Assembly (NCBI GenBank): GCA_012295275.1
Contig: CM022677.1
Span: forward strand, 16,492,001-16,556,000
Origin: Chrysomallon squamiferum
Lineage: Eukaryota; Animalia; Mollusca
Length of the DNA stretch: 64,000 bases
Reading direction: 5' to 3'
A program made the position numbers and the translations under genes. Positions within the stretch are counted from its first letter, which is position 1. Every line of letters begins with the position of its first letter. Below are positions 25,438 through 40,689 of this stretch, piece by piece. The notes beneath the pieces are model-generated. The model saw nothing but the letters and a program-made list of their open reading frames with translations, made no database searches and was not told the origin of the DNA.

Positions 25438-25859
25438 ATAGTAATAATAATAATAATAATACTAACAACAACAACAACAAATAAAAAAGAAACACACACG
25501 CAAACGCATACACAAAAGATATATGGATTAATTAATATAAATTATACAAATATAACAAAGTAAAAATAATTTTAAAAATATATTTATTCAATATCAGCAT
25601 AATTATCAGCACCCTTTCCAAGATGGTTGGAAAATATATTTAACTGAATGAAATATCTGATTAAAACAATAATTTACTGTATACACTTTAACAAAATAAT
25701 ATTCATTTTCCCTGTTAAAATTTAAATCCGGAATTTAGACTAACCCATTCATAATAGTTTGAATTTCTTTATCTGTTCCGCTGTATATGTTAAAATGGTC
25801 TAAGTAACAGTCGAATATCTCGAAAAGTCTACTTCCGTAACTGGAAGAGAGGAAAGAAA

Positions 25860-26103
25860 ATGTTGTTACTTATTTTATGTTCAATACTTCTACAAGAGGT
25901 TTGTGACTCTAAATTTATTGTATATGTAAATGATTATTTTTCACAAATTAATGTCGACCATTACACCTTGTACGTTAAATGGGAAGTGAAATTTCTCTTC
26001 CTGTTAATAGCGAAATGGAATTTTCATCAGATCGACAACTTTCGACTTTTAGTTTTACGTAACAAATTGTAGCTTCCGTATTCATTTATAATCGTTCGTA
26101 TAA

Positions 26104-26181
<78 letters not shown>

Positions 26182-26373
26182 AGACATAATAATTAATTAA
26201 GAGTGACAAAATAAAATATAAAAGTGTCATATAAAATATAAACGTTTTTAGTTTTAATAAAAAAATTAAAATACTTGTAAAATTCCACTTACTATTAATA
26301 TTGATTATTGGTTATTACTTATATACAGTTTATAAAAATTAATAGTAATGTTAATATTATATAATAATAACGC

Positions 26374-26407
<34 letters not shown>

Positions 26408-27114
26408 CTAATGTTTACACACGCATATCTGTCTCTATGTACACACACACACACCACCACCTACACACACTATGATACATAGATACACAAGAATTATTTA
26501 ATTATTAATTTAAATTATATTATAATTTTTAGTTTATGGTTTTCAGATATATGCAGATTATGGAGTTTTGTATGCTTTATCTGAAGATGGACAGAAATCA
26601 GGACATTTTTGTGTTGCATTCAATGCCAAATTTCACCCCATACCAACAGAATTTAACACAAAGGTTTGAATCTGTTGTATAGCTATTGTTTATATATTAA
26701 TTTGGTAGTTATAACTGATGTAGTGTAAAATATTGATAATAAATATTTATTATTTATATAAATTATAAATGTGTGTGTGTGTGTGTGTGTGTGTTTAAAA
26801 TAATATTGAGAAGGAATATTTATTATTTAAACACATGTTTACTGTAACATTTAGCCTGCACTTAAATCTTTCATAGACAAAAAAGACAAAAAAAAGAAAG
26901 AAACAAAAGTATTTTTATTTTATTTTTAATATTTACAACTATTATTTTAGCAGTTATATCTATATAGTATTTATGATAAATATTTATTATGTGTTTAGTT
27001 ATAATGTATGTGATATAATATTGATAATGAATATTTATTATTTAGTATTAGGAATAGGAATTATTATTTATTTTTTATTTTTTTGTTTACTGATAGATAA
27101 AGAGTGACATATAG

Positions 27115-27183
<69 letters not shown>

Positions 27184-27392
27184 AAATAAACAGAAATAGC
27201 TGGGTTAAAAAATGGAATAAATGATTATGGATAGAGAAAAAAGTGTACAGTAAGAAAAATGAATGAGAGATAAAATAATAAATGAACAAAAAAATATGAA
27301 ATAAAATGTGAAATAGATAAAAATGAGAAAGAAGTAAAATGTACGCAATAATAGAGAATTTTTGAAAAATGAGAGAAATATCTCCTTCTATA

Positions 27393-27471
<79 letters not shown>

Positions 27472-27704
27472 ATCTCTGAATATTTTGTTTTTCTCATTCA
27501 GATAATGCATGGACTGGTAGATTACTCTGAGCAGGAAGGATGCACAGACACATACCCAGACAGTATCAGTAAGAAAATGGTGGCAGTTGCCCGTGGCAAC
27601 TGTACTTTTGTTGAAAAAGCTCTCATTGTTCAACATCATGGAGCATTTGGTCTTCTTGTTGTGTCCAAGGAACACGGTTCAAAACTGGTAAGATGCCTGG
27701 TTAT

Positions 27705-27742
<38 letters not shown>

Positions 27743-29561
27743 AATTTTTTTAATAAAAAATTTTATCTATTAATTTATATTTATTTTTAATTATTTAATT
27801 ATTTATTGGGTTTTTTTTGATGATATTTTTTGGCATTATTACATTTTTGATTTCATGTTATTGTTATTTTATAATAATTATTATTATTATTAAATATTTA
27901 ATACACATTTTTTAACAAATTTTTCTTTTTTTTAGTTATGCCTGGTGTAAAATTGGTACCGGCTATACACTTTTTTAAACATGAATGTGTTAAGTGTTTT
28001 GAATGAATGTGTCATTATAGAAGCAAATATAAAATCTTTTCTCTTTAATTTTTTTGAAACTTATGCTTGGTGCTAACATTGGAATATATTGCTACTGTTT
28101 TTTAAATCTCTTTCAGGAATATGATATTTTGGAAGCAAAATATAAAATTGTTTCAAGTTTATTTTTTTGCCTCATGCAAAAATATATATATATATGCTTT
28201 CCCCATTTTCATAACTTGAATATGATAAATTTTTTCCAGGAATATCATATTTTGGAAGCAAAATATAGAATTATTTTCCTTTATTTTTCAGATTATTCCT
28301 GGAGTCAATAGTTCTGAGGACTACAAAAAAGTAAACACCACCATGGCTTTCATTTTACATTCTGACTACACAAGAGTGAAGGTAGGTTAGATTTTAATCA
28401 TTTCATTTCAGTTCTGTCAACTCAAAACATGGATGTCCACACCAACATTTCACCTAGATTTTATTCTCTAACAGCATCAAAGCGAAAATCTTTTACAAGA
28501 CAGAAGAATGTGGTTCATTCCAAAAAGAACCGTAAATCACTTAGAATTTCTACTTTTTCCAGAAATCTTAATAGTTACATGTACGTAGAGTCTCTGAAAT
28601 ATATAAAATAATAATAACAAATTTTCATTTTATTTCTATAGCTGTTATTGTCTTTAATTATATTATTAAGTTCAATACCCCATTTAACCAGCTTTCGGAT
28701 AAATATTTTTATTTTTATCTCTTCGAGAACAATTTTTTTATTTATTCTTCTTTGTTTATTTCATGTATTAAGCTTTGATCCAGAAAATCAAACAGTGTAC
28801 ATGTCCTTCAGTTGCCAGTTCATCAGATTAAATCATCCGATACCTGTACTGCTTTTAGTACTAGTGTTATTATTATTAGTATTATTATTTTTAGCATTAT
28901 TTTTGTTATTAATCTATTATTACTTATTATTGTTAGTTTATTATTATTAGTTTCGTCTTTTTATTATTTTTATTATTATTATCTGTTTCGTCTTTTTATT
29001 ATTGTTATTATTATTATAATTATTATTATTACTACTACTGCTACTACTACTATTACTGTTATTCTTGTTGTTTCATTACTAATGTTATTGCTATTATTAT
29101 TATTATTATTATTATTATTATCAATATTATTATTTTTTTTATTATCATTATCACTGTCTTCATCATTATTATCATCATTCTTATAATTACTGTTATTACT
29201 ATATTGTCATGAGCAGCTTCATAATAATTCTTCTTATTATTCTTACTACTACTATCTCTATTATTATTTTTATTGTTATTATTATTGTTATTGTTATTGT
29301 TATTATTATTATTGTTATTATTGTTATTATTACAGGATCTGGGAAAGTCTGTGAGAGTTGGAATATATCAGCCAGAGTCATCTCCACTTGATCCTAACGC
29401 CATTTTAGTTTTCTCTATAGCCCTCTTCTGTCTAATGGTGGGTCCATACTGGGCTGGAGTCAGAGTGGAGAAGAAGTGAGTTAATATTCAAATATTTAAT
29501 TACTTTTAATTCAGTGGTTTAGCTAAATACTCAATACAAATTACACAGGCACCTATATATA

Positions 29562-29599
<38 letters not shown>

Positions 29600-30372
29600 A
29601 ATTTGTCCACACACTTGCTTTGTTCTTTCATTCATTCATTTTTTTTCTTTCATTTATTCATTCATTCGTTCGTTCAGGCTTTGAGATGAAAAAACAAATA
29701 ATCGATTGATATTGGTTGTTTCAGTATCAAGGTGAAAAAAAGAATATAAATAGGTTTTACAAAATAAAATAAGAATATATTCTTATTGTTACATGCTTAA
29801 ATACATGGACACACACATAGATATAATTAGGCATAGCACATGTGCATACACGCACACACATAAGCATTATTCACACAATATTCATACATACTCCAAAACA
29901 CACACACACATGGACAAACACATACATTTATACAATCTACTTTTATTTTATTTTTCATCTTTCATCAATTTTCTTTCTTTTTCCTTTTTTTTTTCCTTTC
30001 CATCTTTGTTTTTTTTGTTTTTGTTTTTTTTCTTTCATTCATGATTTCAGCTTCAACTCCATAAACAGGTCTCAGAACGCATCAACGCAGTCGACCGAAA
30101 GCGGCGACGGCGATTCGAAGAAAGTGAAGATCACCTTCTGCTTCGTCTTTTCCTTGGCAGCGTCCATGTGTGCCCTGATAGTGCTGTTGTACTTCTTTTA
30201 CGATTACCTCGGTTCGTGGTTGAATGAATTTATTGTTATTAGTGTTAAAATAAGTCAATTTTTTTATTAAAATTTATTATTGGTAGGGTTGTTTTTTTAC
30301 GAAAATTAATTTAACTTGACATAGAAAGAGAGAGTTTAGATGTAAATGTGTTTGTTTGTTTGTTTGTTTGTT

Positions 30373-30418
<46 letters not shown>

Positions 30419-30464
30419 AATATCATTACTATTGTTATTATTATTAATATTATTATTATTGTGA

Positions 30465-30496
<32 letters not shown>

Positions 30497-30758
30497 GTTA
30501 CAATTGTTATAAACATTATTACTATTGTTATTATTATTATTATTATTGTTATTATTTTATTTTGTTTTATTTACATTTTTTCTGTGTACATAATTACAGC
30601 TTTCTTTTACCTGGCTATTTTTTTTTTTTTTTTTTTTTATTTAGTTATTATTCATTTTATTTATTTATTTATTTATTTTTTGTTTTCAGTGTACATAATT
30701 ACAGTTTTTTTTTACCCTATTTGTTTTATTTATTTATTTATTCATTTTTTATTTACTT

Positions 30759-30789
<31 letters not shown>

Positions 30790-31120
30790 CTTACTTACTT
30801 ACTTACTTACATATTTTTTTTTTGTTTTCAGTGTAACGTGATTATTGGTTTCTTTTTTCCTGGCTAGCATAAGTGGTCTGTACATTTGTTTTTCTCCTCT
30901 TTGGGAACGAATATTCACCTGTGAAAACAAGTAACTGTTTTATTGTTATTGTTATTATTATTACTGACTATTTTTATACCGTTAATGCTTAAATTAATTT
31001 CTTTGTTCCTTTAATATGATTATTATTATTATTATTATAATTAAATTTTACATGTTTAATGCAGTTTCTTTAATTAATTTGTTATTAATTTAAAATTTTA
31101 CATGTTTATTGTTTTAATTA

Positions 31121-31155
<35 letters not shown>

Positions 31156-31993
31156 GATTATTATTATTATTGTTATTATTATTATTATTATTACATTTTT
31201 ATTACCTTTATTATTTTTATTATTATTTATTATATTTTACCTTTAATGCTTTAATTAATTTCTTTGTTACTTTAATATGATTATTATCATTATTATTATT
31301 ATTTTTTTATTTTGGTTGTTGTTTTACTTTTTTCTACCGGTTAAGTTTCACCCTGCTTATGCATCAAAAATATATTTTTATTTTATTTATTTATTTATTT
31401 ATATCTATTTTTAGACCTGTGATGATTCCACTAATTTCTAGTGGTTTACTGATATACATTTTGAAAAAAATGTTATTAATACCCATCATTTGATTGGTTG
31501 TTTATTTTTAAATTCCAGGATTCCACCCAATAAGATTCCACTTCTCTCTAACCAACCAAAACTACAGGAACTGGGGTTGGTGTTTGTGTGTCTGGCAATT
31601 ACAATTTTCTGGGTGGTTATCAGAAATGAGAGGTAAACACGTAACAGGGACAGTAAATCTTATAATGTTAGGATACTTATTGGAAAATATTTAAAGAGTC
31701 TATTTATGTATGTATGTATGTGTGTGTGTGGCTGTGTGTATATGTGTGTGTGTGTGTATGTATATAATTATACACATACATTTATTTTTGCAATTAATAT
31801 TGGTTACAAACACACATAAATGGACTGAAAGTATTAAAACATGCTTATGGACTAATATCTAAAGGGACAGTGTATCAAAAAGTAATGGTGTCCTTTTTAT
31901 TACAAACTGTTTTTAAATTGGTATGTTTAATTTTATTTTTAAAAAAGACAGAGAAAAATTATCTCCCCTACATTATCCTAAACAGTGAATCTT

Positions 31994-32076
<83 letters not shown>

Positions 32077-33293
32077 CATTCTATTATATTTTTATATTTC
32101 ATTCATGTTTGATTTCTCTTTTAACTTTAGCTATGCCTGGATAATACAAGACTTGCTAGGAATTGCTTTTTGCATTGGAATGTTGGTTACCATACAGATG
32201 CCCAGCTTAAAGGTAAAGATTTTTATTTTTTTTTATTAAATTAACATATCTTTATTTTTTCACTGTTTATCACAGAATCTGTGAAGGTAAAAACAGATTA
32301 AAAAACTGTTAATTACCGAATCTTTTCTAAGAATACTTATGTAAACAGAAACAAAAGCATTTTATGTTTAAACCTCATTACCTGAAAACAGACAGGCAAA
32401 CACACACACACATACACACACACACACACACATGAATAAAAGAAATATCCTTATTTGGCATAAAACTCAATATATTTGTAACTTGTGTTTAAGGGCTGTA
32501 GAGATAATAACACATACGTCTTTCTGTCATATCATGGGTTATTCTTTTATGACTTCCAACTAGGGATCTTTTTATATAACAGTATCCCAAACTTACACAC
32601 ACACACACACAACCAACACACACACACACTCACACACACCATCACATATACAAAATAATGCATGTAAATATCTGTTTATGTATCTGTATGTACCTGTGTG
32701 TGTGCGTGCATACATAGATACACAAACACAGATAATATAATGTATTTACCTTGCTTGTACATTTAATACTGTACCAATCAAATACTCAGTGATTCAAACA
32801 TTCTATTTATAACTGTAACATTTATAACGAGCTTCAATAATTTTCTCGTATTTACCATTGTATTTGTTTTCTGTTGTCTAAGATGTTGGACTACTTGTTT
32901 TGACAACCACATACTGTGTGTTACTAAGTTTATATTTACTGTTTTGTATTCTGAGGGTTACACAATAGATTTTCTCACAATCAGGTCCTGGGTAATAAAA
33001 AAAAAATTACTTAGTGTTTTTTGTTTGTATTTTCAGGGCTGCACATTGTTGCTTGTGATCCTTTTTTCTATGATATCTTCTTTGTCTTCATAACTCCATT
33101 TATCACAAAGGTATGTAATGTGTATTATAAAATAATTAAATGTTCTCTTTCCTTCTCTTACTTTGTGTTCTGTTTTCTTTGGTTTTAATTTTAATTTTTT
33201 TATTTCTTCTGTCTGTTAATCTTTATCTCTGTGTTTTCTGTTTCAGTTAGTGTCATTCTTTCTGTTTCTGTCTTTATCTACCTCCTCCTTTTT

Positions 33294-33388
<95 letters not shown>

Positions 33389-33540
33389 TATGCATCATTA
33401 AGAAAGATGTTATTTTCTAATTTAATTATCTCTGTTTCTTTCTCTGTCTGTCTGATTTTCTATCTGTCTGTCTCCTTGTCTCATAAGTACATCAGGAAAA
33501 AAAGAAATTGTTTTCTAATTAATCATGTCATTATCGTTCG

Positions 33541-33620
<80 letters not shown>

Positions 33621-34439
33621 TACACACACTGCTACATCATTAGTAAAGATTTCTAAAGTTTTTTAATGAATCATCTGTCAGATGTGTCTCTAATTGCCAT
33701 GTTTATTTTGTTTTGATTTTCTATTTCTATTCTAAGAGTGGAGACAGTATCATGGTGGACGTTGCCACTGGAGGAAAGAGTAACTCAGGAGAACAGGTAA
33801 TAACATCCGACAGAGACAGTGTCAGAATATGACTGACGACAGTATGAGAGACAGATGACTGACAGTGACAGAAAAAGAGAGAGTAGAAATATAGAGTGAG
33901 GAATATGACTGACAACAGTATGAAAGACAGAATGAGAGAAAAAGACAGTGTCGGAAAAAGAGGGACAGAAAGAAATAGAGACAGTGTCAGAAAGAGACAG
34001 ACGTAATGTTGTTTATAACAGTGTGAAAAATTAATGTTTTTTTAAAAATAAAACATATTTTTAAGTTTTATCCTAATGCTCATCATAAACTTTCCCAAGT
34101 TCATTTTTTTCAAATTAAAGTTATTTTTAAATTTTTAAATAAACTCAGTTCTAAAGAAACTGTGACGAAAATAGAGAGATAAAAATGAAAATATGATATT
34201 GTAGAAATAGGACATTTTCAGAAACAGTATGAGACAGGTTAAACAATGATAAAATAGACAGATGAACTGTAGATAGATATATAGGTTCAATAAAATAATA
34301 TGTTATATATACTTGTGTGTGTGGGGGTCTGTATGTCTGAATGTAGTTTTGTGTATGTTTTGTTATTTCATTTACAAAATCTTATTTTTCTTAAATTTAT
34401 TTTTATTATTACTGTTACTATTACTACTACTACTACTAC

Positions 34440-34476
<37 letters not shown>

Positions 34477-34588
34477 ATTGTTACCTTTATTATTGTTATT
34501 ATTATTATTATTACTATAGTTATAATTATTATTATTATTATTATTATTATTATCATCATTATTAAATTATAGTTACTGTTATTATTAC

Positions 34589-34644
<56 letters not shown>

Positions 34645-35034
34645 TTCAGCTTCCAATGGTATTTAAAGTGCCACGATTCATGCCTTCTCCACTTTCTGTT
34701 TGTGACAAACTTGCTTTTTCCTTGCTTGGCTTTGGTGACATTGTCATACCAGGTATTTAAAACCCAGCATTAACCAGCCAATGAAAATCTAAAACACAGT
34801 ATTAATCAGCCAATCACAATCTAAAACACTGTGTTAATCAACCAATCAAAATCTGTCCACATCATTTGCATCAAAGCATTCAAATCCTACATTTTATTTG
34901 CATCTGTTGTTGTTAAATGTTAAATGTATAGCAGCAGTGCAAATAATTTGATTAATAATGTTCATTATATTTTAAAGTTTTCATTTTATTTTATTTCTGT
35001 ATTTTTATTTATTTAGCTGTTTATTTATCTTTAA

Positions 35035-35079
<45 letters not shown>

Positions 35080-35104
35080 TTTATTATTATTATTTTACTA
35101 TTAC

Positions 35105-35141
<37 letters not shown>

Positions 35142-37714
35142 GTTACTATTATTATTATTTTATTATTATTATTATCTTTATTATTATTTTAAATAAACAC
35201 AAACTGTTCACATTATAAATATCACAACTGTGCTTGCAACAATGAATGTAAATGATCTAACAACATTTTCGTATTTCTAGTTATTATTCATTCATTCATC
35301 CTTATTATCATCATTATCTATCTATCTGTGTCTCTTTCTTTCTCTCTGTCTGTCTGTCTTTCAGTCTTTCTGTCTACACATTTACATACTTATGTACCTT
35401 CCTACTTGTTTATTTATTTATTTATTTATTTATTAAATATTTATTTATTTATTTGTTTTTTTTCGCAGGTTTACTAATAGCATATAATCACAGGTTTGAC
35501 ATCACTGTAGGGAGTAGAAAAGTGTATTTTATCACTTCTCTCATTGGTCAGTATAATCTTTTTTACATTTTTAAACTTTACTTTCGAATCATAAGTTCTC
35601 TATCCTTATAGATCCCAAAATTTCAGTTTTTATATTACCAGAAGTGATGCATTATCCATTATGCATAGAGAATATGCATTCTAGTGTAAACACTAATTCA
35701 TGTATTAGTGAAATTTAAGATTAATGTTGACAGAGAAACTTGAAATAAATAAACCCTGGTGAAAACAGGATTTTAAAAACATTTACAGAATAAAGGTGAA
35801 AACGGAATTTAAGAAAATTTACTAAGTATTGGTGGAAAAAGATTATTTTAAAATGTTCTATAAATGGTGGAAACATTGATTTTTAAAAGCATTTTTTTTT
35901 TTTCAAAGTCATGGTTGAATTAAGATTTAAAAAATTTACAGACTGTTGAAGGAAACAGGATTTTTAAAAATTATGAAATAATGATTGAATCCAAGTAAAA
36001 TATCCAAATAAAATATAAGCCATAATTATTTGGAAAGTTTGGTCATATCACCAGATGTACTTTTTAATATTCATAGTATTTTAAGCAAAAAAAAAAAAAA
36101 AAAAACCAAAAAAAACAAAAACACCAAAAAATTAAAACCCACCCAAATAAAGCATAACTTTTTTTATTTAAATAATTTCTTAATATCTAAAGATTCTCTG
36201 TAATTTTCATAATTATATTTTTCTATATTTTCAGCTTACTCTGTAGGTTTAGTCTTTACGTATTTGGCAGTCTACTTGATGAGAAAGGGGCAGCCTGCCT
36301 TACTGTACCTTGTGCCTTGTACGGTCCTTGTGACTGTAGCTGTTGCATGGTTACGTGGTGAACTAAGACATATATGGACAGGTGAAGAGGTGAGCTAGTT
36401 ATGTGTCAGTGACTGACAAAATGAGTCGTACGGTAAATAGGTTAATGTATCTAGAGATAGATGATTTATCCTTTAAAGATTAAAATTAGGGCTTTTTCTT
36501 CTTTTTTATTTTATTTTTTTTTTCTGTTAATTTGTTTTTTATATATATTTTTTTCTTGTTTGACCCAAAAAATTATTTTCTAGACATTATGAATGTTTAG
36601 ATTTGGGCAGAATATTTTAAACTGCAATTAAGAAAGTTGAGTTTTCATCATATTGATCATATCATTTTGTAATCAGTAGTCAAACAGTGAAAATAGATGA
36701 AAAAAAATTTCACTGATCTTGAAATTAGAGTGTGAAGGGTATAAAGTATATATACATTGGTATATGCATATGCATTTTTTTTAATTTTAATTTTTATTTA
36801 TTTATTTATTTATTGATGATTTTATCATTTATTTATTGTTTATTTAAGTGTATTTATTTATTTATTTTTCATTTATTTATTTATTTATTTATTTTTATTT
36901 ACTTACTTATTTATTTATTTAGTTACTTGTTTATTTATTTATTTATTTGCAGTAAAGTGCTCTTAATTCAATGTTTAAATACAATGTGGTGATGTGCTAA
37001 TTCAAACTGGCATGGTGAGGTCAAAATTAAGAACACTTTGCTGTTCATTTTTATTTGGTTTTATTTTATTTATTTTATTTGCTGGTTTATTTTTTGGTTT
37101 TCTGTTTGGTTATTTATATTTATTTTTTAAATTTTTAAAATATTTTTTATATATATAATTGTTTGATTCATTGTTTTGTTATTTTCCTATTATTGTTATT
37201 ATTTTTTGGATGTTTTGTTGTTATTTTTTTTATTTATTTGTATGTGTGTGTATGTGTGTGAGTGTGTGTGTGTTTATAATATACATATAGCTATCTAGCA
37301 AGCTATTACATATATTTTAATCCTTTTTCATTTTTTTATTTTTTCCTTTTCTTTCATTCTTTCTTTCTTTCTTTCTTTAATTATTTCTAAATTCACATCA
37401 GTTTGTTTTTTCTATCTTCTGTTCATTAATTTTTTTTTTCTGTTATTCTATTGTACTTTTCTTTTCCTTTGTTTATTTTTATTTTTTTTTTTTTTCCTGC
37501 AGTTTTTAAAGATTAATTATAAAATGAACTAAATTTGATTTTAAAAAAGATATATATATTTTTTATTTTTGTTCAGGACCCAAAGAAAAATGATGATGAA
37601 ATTCGAAATGTTCCAGAAAACATAACACAGAACCAGATTGTATCAGAAACATCAACAATATCAAGTTCTTCATCCAGTGTAGAGGGAGAGAGAAAGAGAT
37701 TAATAAATGCATAG
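25860..37714 (+). CDS. SPPL2: Signal peptide peptidase-like 2 (SPPL2A/B-like) GxGD intramembrane aspartyl protease, 15 exons, ~544 aa if indels are corrected
   Basis: Exons 25860-25898, 26547-26663, 27502-27687, 28292-28381, 29336-29475, 30051-30211, 30832-30930, 31519-31632, 32131-32212, 33037-33110, 33737-33796, 34650-34752, 35469-35546, 36235-36389 and 37577-37714. Motifs: signal peptide [15 protein letters not shown] domain [25 protein letters not shown], catalytic [10 protein letters not shown] and [19 protein letters not shown]. As written, exons 30832-30930 and 33037-33110 break frame. Confidence 0.9.
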
Positions 37715-38532
37715 ATGAATAAATAAATAAATAGATAACTACAGAAAGTAAGAAAGAAAAAAAAAGAAAAATATTAAAAAAAATAAAGAAACAAATAAAC
37801 AAGCAAGTAAATGAATAAATAAGTAGACAAAGTAGGAAAGAAGAACAAAAAAGAAGTATAAAAATAAATAAAAAGAATAATATAAAAAATAATAAATAAA
37901 TAAATAAATAGATAATAAAACATACTTAACTCTTATAATTTAAATGTTCTATATTTTTAAAGAGATTAATGATCAGTAAATAAATAAATAAATAAATGAA
38001 TAGAGAAAGAAAGAAAGAAAAATAAATATAAAAAATAATAAATAAATAAATAAATAAAATAAACATACTCTTTAATTTTAGTAATTTAATTATTCTGTAT
38101 TTTTAAAGAGAGTAACAATAAATATATAAATAAATAAAATAAATAAACAAGTAATAGTGAAAAACGAAAGAAGAAATACAAAAAATAAAAAATAAATAAA
38201 TAAAACAATGAAATAAAATAAATAAATCTACAAATAAATAAGGTAAAGAAAGTAAAAAAAGAATGAAAGAAATACATAAATAGATAAAGAAAGGAAGTAT
38301 TTTAAAATTAGTCAATTAAATAAATATATAAAATATAGTAAAAGGTTTTCTCTATGTATATATTGGTGTTGATATATTAAATAATGTTATTTTATACTCG
38401 TGTGTGTGTGTGTGTGTTTGTGTGCATTTGTATGTGTATATATTTGATTCTATAAAAAAGGACATTCATTTATACACTGTATATAAATATTTCAATGAAT
38501 GTGTTTGTGTGCATTTGTATGTGTATATATTT

Positions 38533-38633
<101 letters not shown>

Positions 38634-39645
38634 ATATGAAATTTCAATTTATAAGTGTGTGTGTGTGTGTGTGTGTGTTGTGTGTGTTCAGTTCAAGAAG
38701 AAATAGCAATTTATGCATTACATACCATAGCTTCTAAGGGGTTAACTATGAAATCTGTTTCAATAATAGCTTTGTACTTCTATTTTTGCTTGTTTTTTGT
38801 TCATTGAATAAATATATGTTTCAGGGCCTAAAGGGTTCCCTTGGACAGGTTCATGTTTACATTCAAATGCTCGTGCGCGTGTGCTTATGTTTAATGGGGA
38901 GAGGCAGTGGTCTGAGAGAAAGAATATTAGCATTAAAAGGGTTAACTGTATACGGAGATTTTGATTTCACATTATAGTTTGTTAAACTGTAGATACAATG
39001 TCTCTATATTTTAAATAAGGAGATTTAAACAGGACATTTTTGTCTCTTAGCAATAAAGCTGTTAACTATATTTCAGTAACATTCATGTAAAAAATATGAA
39101 TATCGATTTTATGTTGGAAGTTTATGCAAACTGAATTAATGCATATGTACATTATGTAACTTAATAAAAAAAAAAAAAAAAAAAATTCATCGTTCGTTTT
39201 GTTGTTATTTCAAAACAGGATTTAAAATTTTCATTGTTTAATCGTTTACATAATTATCTGTAATTAAATAGCAGCACTAGTAAGCCATTAAAACTACTTA
39301 ATATTGATTAAACAAATACGAAAACAAAATCATAAAAAATTAAATAGAAAAATATATTTAAAAAAACTGTTATGAAAATATGTTGCCTTGGCTCTGTAAA
39401 CTCATAAAACACACAAATATCAATGCGCACGCTTTAGGCTGTTTTTAACAGGTATGTACGTAAGTTTAATTTTTATGTCTCGGAATTTTATCAAAATTAT
39501 AAATTTTACGTAATATTTTCATAATGAATTTTAGTTAACAGTTTTACTCTTAGTTGTGGTTTCATTCTGATCTCTAGAATGAGTCATAAGCTATTTTTTT
39601 TTTATCCCGTTTAGTCTCTCGGTCTTTACTGCATTATTTTCATTT

Positions 39646-39697
<52 letters not shown>

Positions 39698-40336
39698 ATA
39701 ATTTCAGCAGCAGTAGATTACGACATAGATCTAGTAGGTAAATATTCGAAATAAAAACGACACTAACAGCAACAATAAATTATGTTTGAAAGGATAGGTT
39801 AATCATTACCAAATTAAATTTATACTGAATAGCCAGATATCTTAGACAGTCTATATTCAACCCACACATATTGAACATTAATAGCTGTTTCAATGCAGCA
39901 ACTAGAGCGATTCATTTTCGTATCTTTGCCAGCTTTTAACTACAATTATTCACAGTGCACGCAACAACAGTACAATCACAAGTTTCAAAAGCACCGACTT
40001 GCGCAACAGGTAATAATTATAACGTGCTTGTTTCGTTTTTCAGTTGTTTTTTGTTTTTTGTTGTTGTTTTCTTTGTTGTTGTTATTGTTGTTTTAATTAT
40101 GTATGCTTGTTTTCAAGTTTGAAAATATTTTTATTTATTTATTAGTGGTTCTTAGAAAATTAAGACTTAGATGAGTAATATATGTAAGCTAATATTCTGA
40201 CCTCATTGATACTGTAACAATGGAAGTTAGGAAAACGAAATAACTGTGTGTAGTGTTTGTCGCTTTATATGACAGGAACAGAGAGACGGAGATGTAAATA
40301 AAACACAATTCAAACGTGAGCCGTAACAACAACACC

Positions 40337-40388
<52 letters not shown>

Positions 40389-40689
40389 GCAGTTGTAGTG
40401 ATGTAGTTACAGTAAAGGTTGAGGATTCCTTATCCGAAACTTTTTCTGAACAGCAGAAATCGGATTGTTTTCCATACATAAATGCCCTTGAGGTTCATGT
40501 TATAAATAGCAAACAGCAGAAAAAAAAAACACAATTCACGTACACTGATATTTTTATTATATTTTATATAATGTAATAACTAAGTCATACATATTCATCA
40601 TTATAGCAGACGACATTCCCAATCAATATAAAAAAAATAAAAAAAAAAAAAAAAGACACCTCACGTGGTTTATCACATGGCTTAAACAC

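Noticed and set aside
40416-40450. Pogo/Tigger-like terminal sequence ggttgaggattccttatccgaa
   Set aside because: No matching inverted partner was found.
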